The notes: a model not told the origin generated them from the letters alone. Positions 8,860 through 17,043 are shown, counted from the first letter of the stretch. The stretch is 27,620 nt of DNA from a virus (IMGVR_UViG_3300016265_001183:1-27620), one strand, 5' to 3'. A program made the numbers and translations.

Positions 8860-9036
8860 CTAAGCCGCCTTCAGTTGTTCGTTAATCGTGCTGTGCACTC
8901 TGTGCCAGGTCTTAAAGGCATTCCAGTCATTATTTGCAACGGCTTGCTGCATTAAATGATACGCTTCGTTGAGCCAGGAAATTCGCTTTTCAATTGGGAT
9001 AAAATCGGTATTTTGGCTAGTTATAATGGTAATCAT
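8860..9036 (-). CDS. Small hypothetical protein (58 aa, absent from the ORF track)
   Basis: Read by hand: SD GAAGGAG, ATG 9036, MITIITSQNTDFIPIEKRISWLNEAYHLMQQAVANNDWNAFKTWHRVHSTINEQLKAA, TAG 8862-8860. Confidence 0.7.
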   Translation of the reverse strand: MITIITSQNTDFIPIEKRISWLNEAYHLMQQAVANNDWNAFKTWHRVHSTINEQLKAA

Positions 9037-9145
9037 GGGGAAACTCCTTCCTATTGGTGTTGTAATTGTATAAAATAATATTGTCTAGGGATAATTATTC
9101 CACAGTCCTTTCTTTTCAGCGTTTCGTTATAGGCCGGTTCATTTT

Positions 9146-9784
9146 TCATGCCGCACCGCCTGCACACGATACTTGCGAACGCATCGGCATCAAAATCAGA
9201 ATATGCCCCGGCTTGCCGGCTACATAATCTTGAGCTGCTGTTATATCAGCGTCTTTTGACGCCATGACGCACGCACTGCGATCGCTTCCAAAAACAGCTA
9301 TAGGCGTGCATAGCGCGCTTTTTTTCGTCAGCGCGGCGCCGTTAATAACAGCAAGTGCACTTGCGGTGCGCTTTAAATACTCAACGTTAAACGTTGCCCG
9401 CACGTGTTCCGCCGTTTGATCGGTAATATTGGGAATCGACCGCGTAATATCGGGGTATGTGCCGTTTATCGGTGCATACGTTGCGCCGTCAACAGCCTCT
9501 AGCCCATTGTCCTCGACGCGCCAAAAGTTGCCGCCCTGTTTCAGCATAGCCTTAACGGCAGGCGCGGGGAAGATAAAGGACGCATCCGCGCCGGGGGCGC
9601 TGGCCTCTGCCTCTTGCAGCGTCAATTCGTACCGCACAGAATGCAAGGCATGTCCGTTTGTTGCTGTAATCGTCACCATGCGCCGCGCGTGCTCATACTG
9701 GTAGAATACGCCGCACAGGTAATAGCGCACCTCTTCGGCGCTCATGCAGGGGGCGATAAATGCTAATTCTTTAAATTTAATCAT
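9146..9784 (-). CDS. Truncated DNA polymerase III beta-clamp-like protein
   Basis: EEVRYYLCGV, ATNGHAL, NGTYPDITRSIP, FNVEYL and ILMPMR correspond to DnaN middle and C-terminal domain motifs; SD AAGGA. Confidence 0.8.
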   Translation of the reverse strand: MIKFKELAFIAPCMSAEEVRYYLCGVFYQYEHARRMVTITATNGHALHSVRYELTLQEAEASAPGADASFIFPAPAVKAMLKQGGNFWRVEDNGLEAVDGATYAPINGTYPDITRSIPNITDQTAEHVRATFNVEYLKRTASALAVINGAALTKKSALCTPIAVFGSDRSACVMASKDADITAAQDYVAGKPGHILILMPMRSQVSCAGGAA

Positions 9785-9798
9785 TGTTTTAATCCTTT

Positions 9799-10038
9799 TT
9801 ATCTGTTAATGTTTGACGCGGGGGGCAAGAGCGGCGTGCAAATGCCCGTCAAGGCCTCTTGCACGCGCCCGGCTGTTTTGCTGAAATCTTGCAACATCAT
9901 AAAGCTAAACGTTTCAAACATTTTTTTAGCCAAGCGGCGCACTGTTGCCGTGTGTGCTGGCGCGGCATAAAAAGCTGTTTTAAAAAATTCGTGGGCTTGT
10001 TCCGCGTTTTCCACGGAAAAATTCCCGCGTATTGCCAC
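9799..10038 (-). CDS. Hypothetical protein (overlaps the upstream gene)
   Basis: Fills the gap before the clamp gene, but has a GTG start and overlaps 9897..10460 by up to 142 nt. Confidence 0.35.
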   Translation of the reverse strand: MAIRGNFSVENAEQAHEFFKTAFYAAPAHTATVRRLAKKMFETFSFMMLQDFSKTAGRVQEALTGICTPLLPPASNINR

Positions 10039-10460
10039 ACTTTAACAGGCATTGAAAACTGCACATCTCTGTATGCACCCGCAAAATCACGACTGAAAAA
10101 CCAGAAACCTTTTTGCCGCTCCATTTTATCCGTTTCGCTAATCAATTTTTTATCTATGCCGGGATTAAGGCCACCGCCAAAGCTTGCTTTGCCGTTTTCC
10201 GTTAAATGCATATACCCGCGTTCACCACACTGGATAGTGTCGCCCCAATCGTAACCAAAAATCATTCTATTCCCTTGGCTATCGTACACCACGTCTCCTA
10301 CTAAAGGCGCTGTTAATGCTTGTCGTTTTGCATAACGCTCGACAAAGATAGCCCCGTCTTTTTCGTCTAATGCTTCAGGCCTTGGCTTGCCGCCAAATCG
10401 CCACGCGATGTATGGTATTGTGTTCTCTCTGTAAACCACGTCTTTCGCTAAGGTTTCCAT
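9897..10460 (-). CDS. Conserved phage/plasmid hypothetical protein (DUF4121-like)
   Basis: SD AAGGAG, first gene after a strong promoter; P.VGD, DWGDTIQ, SFGGGLNP, FWFF..D.AGA...V.F...VWQY pattern; family name from memory. Confidence 0.6.
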   Translation of the reverse strand: METLAKDVVYRENTIPYIAWRFGGKPRPEALDEKDGAIFVERYAKRQALTAPLVGDVVYDSQGNRMIFGYDWGDTIQCGERGYMHLTENGKASFGGGLNPGIDKKLISETDKMERQKGFWFFSRDFAGAYRDVQFSMPVKVWQYAGIFPWKTRNKPTNFLKQLFMPRQHTRQQCAAWLKKCLKRLAL

Positions 10461-10546
10461 TAATTTAACTCCTTTGTTAAGTGGTTGATTTTAATTTATT
10501 ACTTTAATGCCGACGCTTTCAAGGCGTTCTTTAAAGTGATATAAGC

Positions 10547-10575
10547 GTTATATGCCAGTAATTAGGCGCTGTCAA
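10547..10575 (-). promoter_or_regulatory. Strong leftward sigma70-type early promoter
   Basis: Minus strand A-tract, TTGACA (10575-10570), 17 nt, TATAAC (10552-10547). Confidence 0.75.
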
Positions 10576-10784
10576 TATTTTTTTTATGGCAGAGTAATTA
10601 TTTTTTATTGCGAGTAATAATAACTGAAAATCAACGCATTAGCAGCAAGGAAGGGTTTTATTTTTTTTTGGCTATGGTGGTAGCTGCCGCGCTATTATAG
10701 TGAATCCAGAGTAAAAAAAATCGGCCTTGGCGTGCGTGTTTATCTCCGCATTATGCCCTCGCTTGTTATCTCTGCGCTTATTCC

Positions 10785-12033
10785 TGGCGCGCTTAATCAC
10801 AGTGTTTAATATTTTATGCCAGTCGTTATATATGATAAGATATAATGGCGCATTTAATCACTGGCTTTTTTGTTTTTAGCGGCAAAAAAAATCGTTGCTT
10901 AGCCGTGATTAATAACATTTTAGAATACTCACTTTTTTTATTTTTTCAAGTGTGTGAGTATCAATTTCCGGAAGACTGGCTCAAACAGCCATATACAGCA
11001 TTTATCTCAAAAAAATAAACCGTTTTTTTAAAAAAACACACGTGGGGGGGTATAGGGGTATAAACAATTATAGAATAATATGTTTATATTAAAATTGTAT
11101 ATAGTTGCTCCCAAATCCGCCGTTTGTTTTTTAGGTCATAAATTACTGTCAATTTATATTAAATCCAATATATCCTAGTCTTTATATATATATAATTACT
11201 TAATAAGTATGTATGTATATATGTGTTTGTTATTTTTTTTAGTAATTGTAAGTAGTAACTAAAATACCTAAAGATACAAATTAGATATAATGCTATTGTA
11301 TCGAAAAAGTCTCATTTCTGCCACACCAAAAACACTAAATGTCACACCGCTTTAGTGATTGTGTGACATTATTGCGTGTAAAACAATTATGAATATCCGC
11401 TAAATTTCTAGTGCGGCACATACCCCCTGATTGATTGCATTATATTGATTTATCGAAACGAATTTATACAATCACTGAGAATTGCCAAAAACGATAGAGC
11501 TATTCGCCTAATGCGCGAATTTATATATTGCAATTTATTAATCCGATACATGCAAATAAACGGCTTATTTAGGAATATTGCATTTGTATATAAACGGTAT
11601 CGAAACGAATTTTTTACGACGTTTTTTAGTCTTTATAATAATATAATGACTGGCGAAACGATAAAACACAGTAATTATACAATGTTAATCACTTATCGCT
11701 ACTTATGGTTGTGACTAGTGATTATATGTATAACTGATAAAGACAAGTATAATATATATGACAATTATATAATCACTAACGCATTGCATACAATCACTAG
11801 CCAAAAGAATCATTATCGGCATTAATCCTGCAATATCAATGGCTTACTAGGCTGCGCGCCCGTTCCTGCCCAGCTCACGCGCCGCCGCCGCCAATTCGCC
11901 CCCTCCCCCGCCGGTTGAATAAGGAATCCCTTTCGCGGCCAGCCACACCAACCCAAAAACCCCCCAAAAATAATTGTGACACCCATCACATAAATTGCGG
12001 GAATGACCACCGTCAAAATGTAACAAAAATCAC
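10785..12033. repeat. Non-coding AT-rich repeat field (candidate origin and/or packaging region)
   Basis: Ten AATCAC/GTGATT copies; perfect inverted repeats at 10925-10932/10954-10961, 11059-11066/11081-11088, 11338-11347/11361-11370 and 11716-11727/11767-11778; 15-bp direct repeat TATCGAAACGAATTT at 11451 and 11598. Confidence 0.7.
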
Positions 12034-12158
12034 TAAAAAAAATATATAAATATTTTAGCCAGCTTGGGCGCTTGGGGTGTGCGCTGGCTTTGCGCGTCAT
12101 TAGGAGCCTATGGTCAGGAAAGCGTGGCAGCCGGAGAGACGGCATCCGTACATTGGAG

Positions 12159-12197
12159 AAAGAAAAGCCCCGCATGGCGTGCGAGGACCATGCGGGG
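12159..12197 (-). terminator. Intrinsic terminator on the minus strand
   Basis: Perfect 10-bp stem CCCCGCATGG (12168-12177)/CCATGCGGGG (12188-12197), followed on the minus strand by CTTTTCTTT. Confidence 0.7.
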
Positions 12198-12256
12198 AAG
12201 CAAAAGGTAGTCTCAACAGGAGGATTTGTCACATGCCGCCCCTACAGAGAGTACAA
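12159..12256 (-). ncRNA. Candidate ~95-nt small RNA containing an anti-SD motif
   Basis: Bounded by minus-strand TTGACA (12289-12284)-16-TAAATA (12267-12262) and the terminator; contains AUCCUCCU. Confidence 0.35.
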
Positions 12257-12292
12257 AAACATATTTACAATTTAATTTTTTGCTGTCAATAG
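12233..12292 (+). CDS. Candidate 19-aa micropeptide MPPLQRVQKHIYNLIFCCQ
   Basis: Perfect AGGAGG at 12218-12223, 9 nt before ATG 12233; TAG 12290-12292; could instead be only the complement of the sRNA motif. Confidence 0.25.
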   Translation: MPPLQRVQKHIYNLIFCCQ

Positions 12293-12324
12293 TAAAGTAT
12301 ATTGTCAAGCAAGGAATATAATAT

Positions 12325-12630
12325 ATGATACTGAGTTCAATGATCGGCAAAAAAGTAATCGTACGCACTTATACTGCGGGTGTGTGGTTCGGCACACTGA
12401 GTGAGAAAGACGGCGCTGAGGTTATTTTAACTAATGCGCGGCGCATGTGGTATTGGCACGCGGCTGAGAGCATTAGCCTTAGTGGCTGCGCGTTATACGG
12501 GATTAAGCAAGATAAATCGAAGATTGTCGCGCCCGTATCGTCAGTGTGGATAGAGGCAATTGAGATTATTCCAACAACGGAAGTTGCCACTGCCAGCATC
12601 GAGAGTGCGCCGCCCGTGGAGCAAGAATAA
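12325..12630 (+). CDS. DUF6948-like phage protein
   Basis: MIGKKVIVRTYTAGVWFGTL...LTNARRMWYW...SLS...EAIEIIP pattern; followed by a Gly-rich gene, as is usual for this family. Confidence 0.75.
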   Translation: MILSSMIGKKVIVRTYTAGVWFGTLSEKDGAEVILTNARRMWYWHAAESISLSGCALYGIKQDKSKIVAPVSSVWIEAIEIIPTTEVATASIESAPPVEQE

Positions 12631-12948
12631 ATGACACGATTATATAATAAAGAGATAGAATCAGGCTGGGGTTGCGGCGGAAAATTTATTTTTGAATGCT
12701 TAGAGGACGGCGAGCTAATGGGTATTGGCTTAGGGCTGGGCGTGGGATGCGGGCTTGGCGACTCACAGGGCAGAGGAACAGGATGGCCCAGCTTAAATGC
12801 GGGAGCTACTGCAGAGCAAACATTGGGCGTTGAGGTGTGCGGTCAAGATGCAGGGCATGGTTATGATGCCGGCTACGAAAACGGCGGCGATATACACCCA
12901 TACCATGAAAGTAATTTTGACGCTCGGATCCCCAAGCCACCTAAATAA
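12631..12948 (+). CDS. Glycine-rich hypothetical protein
   Basis: GxGxG runs (GIGLGLGVGCGLGDSQGRGTG, GHGYDAG); abuts the upstream stop. Confidence 0.6.
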   Translation: MTRLYNKEIESGWGCGGKFIFECLEDGELMGIGLGLGVGCGLGDSQGRGTGWPSLNAGATAEQTLGVEVCGQDAGHGYDAGYENGGDIHPYHESNFDARIPKPPK

Positions 12949-12989
12949 TCTTTATTGCTGCAACGTAATTTTATTTGTATACATATAGT

Positions 12990-13319
12990 ATGGCCGAGAC
13001 ATTTGAGGAGATCACCGTTTTCACTGCCGCGCATACAGACGGTGTGCCTAGTGATGCGCGCATGAGCGTTGCGGATTACATTAAACAGATGGCGCGGGGT
13101 GACAGGGCAAGAAGCATTGCCCATGCGTTGGTCAACAGTGCGGAAATGGGGAGTCTTGATGCTGCCAAGGTTGTGTTGTCTTACCTAGACGGAACGCCGA
13201 ACAAAGCCAAGGTAACGAAGGATAATGAGGATCGGGACATTGATGAAATTATTGAGTTGGCCAAGGCCTATAAAATGTCTGAGGACGCACTTAAGGATTT
13301 GGAGAATCTTGCTTCGTGA
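12990..13319 (+). CDS. Putative terminase small subunit
   Basis: Directly upstream of TerL; helical IAHALVNSAEMGSLDAAKVVLSYLDGTP segment; first ATG at 12990. Confidence 0.6.
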   Translation: MAETFEEITVFTAAHTDGVPSDARMSVADYIKQMARGDRARSIAHALVNSAEMGSLDAAKVVLSYLDGTPNKAKVTKDNEDRDIDEIIELAKAYKMSEDALKDLENLAS

Positions 13320-13347
13320 GTAACGTCGTACCCACAAGGATAAACGA

Positions 13348-14883
13348 GTGAGTAAGCAGCTTAACCTCGTGCTGGAAGGAATGATGGCGGCGAACCTGCC
13401 GTTTTTTTGTGAGAGTAATTTACAGATTCGGGCAAAAAGCGGGCGAACGGTTCCATTTAAGATGAATACGGTGCAAAAGAAGCTGCATCGGATTCTAGAA
13501 ACGCGCCTCAAAGAGCGCGGCAATTTGCGGGTTATTATTTTAAAAGGCCGGCAGATGGGCATTAGTACGTACATTGCGGCGCGGTATTATCACCGGGTGA
13601 CGTATAGTAAGGGGTTTAAGTGTCTCGTGATGGCGCACGAACAAAAGGCGTCGAAGAATCTGTTTGGCATGGTGCGAACGTTTTATGATAATGATAAACG
13701 GCTGGTGACAGCCAACACGGACTCATCGGTTGAATTGGTCTTTGAGAACGGCGGCGGCTACATGGTGGCAACAGCGGGCAGCCGAGAAACGGGGCGCGGG
13801 CAGACGATACAGCTTGTGCATGGGAGTGAGGCGGCGTTCTGGGAAAATGCCGACGGTCACGTTGCGGGGGCGCTTCAGGCGCTCAGCCGGGAGGACGGCA
13901 CGGAGGCTATATTAGAGAGTACAGCCAACGGGGTTGGGTATTATTATGAAACGTGGAACGAAGCCCTGACCGGCAAAGGAGATTTTTTGCCAGTATTTCT
14001 GCCGTGGTATTGGCATGAAGAATATCAGGACGTAATACGCGATAAAGAGTTTACCCTGTCCGAAGAGGAACAGGAGTACCGTCGGCTCTACGGCCTGAGT
14101 TTGGAGCAGATGGCCTGGGCGCGGGCAAAGCGAAGTGAATTAGGCGAGTGGCGCTTTAAGCAGGAATACCCGGCAACAGCGATTGAGGCGTTCCAGACCA
14201 GCGGCGAGAATAGTATTTTCAAAATTGAAGCCGTAGTTGCTGCGCGCCGGCGCAAAATTGAACACAATTATGCCAGCGTCACCGTTGCGGGTCTCGATAT
14301 TGGCCGCGATAAGGACAGAACGGTTATTATGGTGCGGCGAGGCCGCGAGATTGTTGATTATGAAATACTGGAGCAGGGCGAAGATCTGATGGCCTCAGTG
14401 GGCCTGGCCGTAAGGATGATACGGAAGCACGGCTTGAAGTTTCTCTTTATTGATGCGGTGGGCATGGGCATTGGGGTTGCGGATCGCCTTGCAGAAATGG
14501 GCTACGGCAGCACGGTCATAAAAGTGAATGGCGGCGAAACGAAATCCTTAGAGGAGCCAGATAAATACGCCAATAAACGCGCCGAAATGTATGGCCGCGT
14601 TAAAGAATGGCTGCCGGATGCAAGCATACCGGATTTGGACGGGTTGCAGTTTGATTTTGCCCGCGTGCGCGGGTCTTACGATTCGAACGGAAGGTTAAAA
14701 CTGGAAACCAAAACCAAGCCCAGCCCCGATTTGTCGGATGCGCTCGCGCTCACCCATGCGTTCTATTTTTCAGATGACATAAATGGCAGCGGGTCGCCCG
14801 CATCGGCTAACAATATGTCCTTTGAAATTCCAGCCTTTGTTGATACAGGGTATAACCAACGAAACTACGCCGCCCCCTATTAA
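13348..14883 (+). CDS. terL: Terminase large subunit
   Basis: ILKGRQMGIST Walker A, LVHGSEAAFW Walker B, ESTANG coupling motif, QEYP, RNase H-like GLDIG..D, FIDAVG, SPDLSDAL. Confidence 0.95.
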   Translation: MSKQLNLVLEGMMAANLPFFCESNLQIRAKSGRTVPFKMNTVQKKLHRILETRLKERGNLRVIILKGRQMGISTYIAARYYHRVTYSKGFKCLVMAHEQKASKNLFGMVRTFYDNDKRLVTANTDSSVELVFENGGGYMVATAGSRETGRGQTIQLVHGSEAAFWENADGHVAGALQALSREDGTEAILESTANGVGYYYETWNEALTGKGDFLPVFLPWYWHEEYQDVIRDKEFTLSEEEQEYRRLYGLSLEQMAWARAKRSELGEWRFKQEYPATAIEAFQTSGENSIFKIEAVVAARRRKIEHNYASVTVAGLDIGRDKDRTVIMVRRGREIVDYEILEQGEDLMASVGLAVRMIRKHGLKFLFIDAVGMGIGVADRLAEMGYGSTVIKVNGGETKSLEEPDKYANKRAEMYGRVKEWLPDASIPDLDGLQFDFARVRGSYDSNGRLKLETKTKPSPDLSDALALTHAFYFSDDINGSGSPASANNMSFEIPAFVDTGYNQRNYAAPY

Positions 14884-14893
14884 GGAATAAAAA

Positions 14894-16810
14894 ATGGGTT
14901 CTATATCAAATTTTTCATATGCGGACGCGCTGGACGTCGAACCAATAGAGTCCATGGACGAAGCCCCGCGCCAAAAGCGCGATTACGAATTTATTGACGA
15001 ACGCATGAATTCACCAAGGGCGATTCTTGGCTTTTACCGAGACAATCCGCAAGGCGGCGGCCTTGTCAAAGATCTTAGCGCCGAGGTTCAGGGCCGCATT
15101 GAAATGCTGATTGAGCAGGGATATGAGGCTGATAAATCAGGACACGATCAAATTTGTAAACACTACGACGATATTTTGTCGTTGGCTCGTCAAGATATTG
15201 CCCCTAAGAAAGAAGGCGGCATTCATAATATTAAATACCCGTTGCTGTTTGAAACCAGCGTTACCTTTGCGGCCTCTACCCTGCCGCTGGTTTTGCCGCC
15301 TGACAGCCCCGCTGTTGTGGATTTGCCGCCAGGACTAGACCAGCAGCTTGTAAATGCTGCTGATAGGGTTCAATCGTATATTAACCATACATGCAGCAAA
15401 AAAATCACAGATTGGGAGGAGCAGCTAGATAAAATTCTTCATGCCCTGCCGGTATTTGGCTGCATGTTTCGCCGGATATTTCAAAATGGCAATCGTATTC
15501 AGTCGGAAATTTACTACCCAAACGAGGTTATTGTTGACGTTGGCTATCGAGGCGCGATCGAAAAAGCGCCGCGCCTGTCGTTTAATTTTGAGCTATATCC
15601 TTATGAAATCAACTCAATGATTGCCAAAGGAACTTACGCTGCTTTTAGCATTATTAATGGAGACGAAGAAGAAAAACAGGGGCCAATTGAATTTTTGGGT
15701 CAGTACCTTTGGCTAGATATGGATGGCGACGGCATCGACGAGCCTTATGTTGCTGTCTATTACAAAGAGGGAAAAAAGCTCGTATCGCTTGTTCCCGATT
15801 ACACGGAAACAGATATTTACGACGACTGCATCAAAAGAATGGAAAGTTTCGTTAAATACTCGTTTTTTAAACACTTTGAAGGTAAATTCTATGAATTAGG
15901 AATGGGCACTGGTTTGATGTCTATTTCTAACGCTATTAGCACCGGCATTAACGAGCTTTTGGACAGCGCACACTACGCTAACATACAAGGCGGCTTCATT
16001 GGCGGGGGAAGGCTGGGCGGCGGACAGATTAAACAGAAAAACGGCTATTGGAATTACATTAACGATGTAAACGGCGATTTGAAAAACAATCTTATGCCGT
16101 ACCCATCAAAAGAACCGAGCCAGACACTATTTGCCATGGTGCAGCTTCTTATGCAGCAGAGCGCAGGCATAGCGGGCCTTGCAAAGCTAGGTTTAGACAC
16201 CCTTCCTGATAATGCCGGCGAAATGGTTGGCCTTGGCCTTATGGAAGAAAAGCAACGTCCCTACACGGGCGTTTTTGGCCGAATTACTAAGGCGCTGAGC
16301 AAAGAAATGCAGATTATCTACCGCCTGATTAAAGAATACCCAGACCAGCAAGAATACACCAAATTTAACAGCAGAGAAGTACCCTTGGTGCAGGACTTTA
16401 CCACGTTCTCACCTGAAGTCATTATAGCGAAGGCCAGCCCTGAAAGCATCTCGAACGTTAAAAAAGCCAAAGAAATAATGATTTTGCAGGGAATGTTGCA
16501 AGATCCCGGCATTGTGCCGGCAGAGGCTAGAAAGCGCATATTTCAAGCCGCCGACATGAAAAATTACGAATCGCTCATAGTGCAGCCGCAACAGCCCACG
16601 CCTGAAGATCAGATTGTTCAGAAAGCCGGCATTGATAAGCTCTTGCTGGAAAACGAGCAGCTTAAAGCAAAAATCGAGAAACTACAGGCAGATTCGCTGC
16701 GTTCTCAGGCTATGGTTATTAAAACTGAGGCCGATGCAAACAAAACAGAGGCCGAAACCAAACAGATAGCGTCAGGCGAAAACACAGGAGAAAACAATGC
16801 GAATAACTGA
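14894..16810 (+). CDS. Portal protein
   Basis: 638 aa directly after TerL; NIKYPLL, WLDMDGDGIDEPY, FYELGMG, NELLDSA..ANIQGGF, PSKEPSQTLF; coiled-coil C-terminal barrel. Confidence 0.9.
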   Translation: MGSISNFSYADALDVEPIESMDEAPRQKRDYEFIDERMNSPRAILGFYRDNPQGGGLVKDLSAEVQGRIEMLIEQGYEADKSGHDQICKHYDDILSLARQDIAPKKEGGIHNIKYPLLFETSVTFAASTLPLVLPPDSPAVVDLPPGLDQQLVNAADRVQSYINHTCSKKITDWEEQLDKILHALPVFGCMFRRIFQNGNRIQSEIYYPNEVIVDVGYRGAIEKAPRLSFNFELYPYEINSMIAKGTYAAFSIINGDEEEKQGPIEFLGQYLWLDMDGDGIDEPYVAVYYKEGKKLVSLVPDYTETDIYDDCIKRMESFVKYSFFKHFEGKFYELGMGTGLMSISNAISTGINELLDSAHYANIQGGFIGGGRLGGGQIKQKNGYWNYINDVNGDLKNNLMPYPSKEPSQTLFAMVQLLMQQSAGIAGLAKLGLDTLPDNAGEMVGLGLMEEKQRPYTGVFGRITKALSKEMQIIYRLIKEYPDQQEYTKFNSREVPLVQDFTTFSPEVIIAKASPESISNVKKAKEIMILQGMLQDPGIVPAEARKRIFQAADMKNYESLIVQPQQPTPEDQIVQKAGIDKLLLENEQLKAKIEKLQADSLRSQAMVIKTEADANKTEAETKQIASGENTGENNANN

Positions 16811-17042
16811 ACGGCCTATGAACGAAGCGGAATTTCAAAGCTGGCTAGGCAGCGCACAAACCAAAGGATTTATGCAGGTTCTTAAGGTTTACGCACAACA
16901 ATCGCTGTATAATCTATACCAAGTACACGATGAAGCTAAAATAAATCGTACAATTGGCCATTCTTTAGGCATTGACACTATATCAAAATTAAATTACGAA
17001 ACTTACAAAAGTTTAGTCGAAGCATCAGTAAAAGGAGAATAA
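16797..17042 (+). CDS. Small conserved head-module protein
   Basis: 81 aa between portal and GroES; EFQSW...T..F...L pattern; SD AGGAGA. Confidence 0.7.
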   Translation: MRITERPMNEAEFQSWLGSAQTKGFMQVLKVYAQQSLYNLYQVHDEAKINRTIGHSLGIDTISKLNYETYKSLVEASVKGE

Positions 17043-17043
17043 G

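Noticed and set aside
10465-10809. TTAA-Nx-TTAA as CtrA boxes
   Set aside because: Spacings are 8 (10465-10480) and 9 (10793-10809), not the canonical 7
10785-11830. Possible CRISPR-like mini-array
   Set aside because: Repeats are only 6-16 bp, irregularly spaced and in both orientations; no cas genes
11445-12275. ORFs 11445..11714, 11822..12232 and 12072..12275
   Set aside because: No clear SD, atypical composition, and they run over repeats and RNA hairpins
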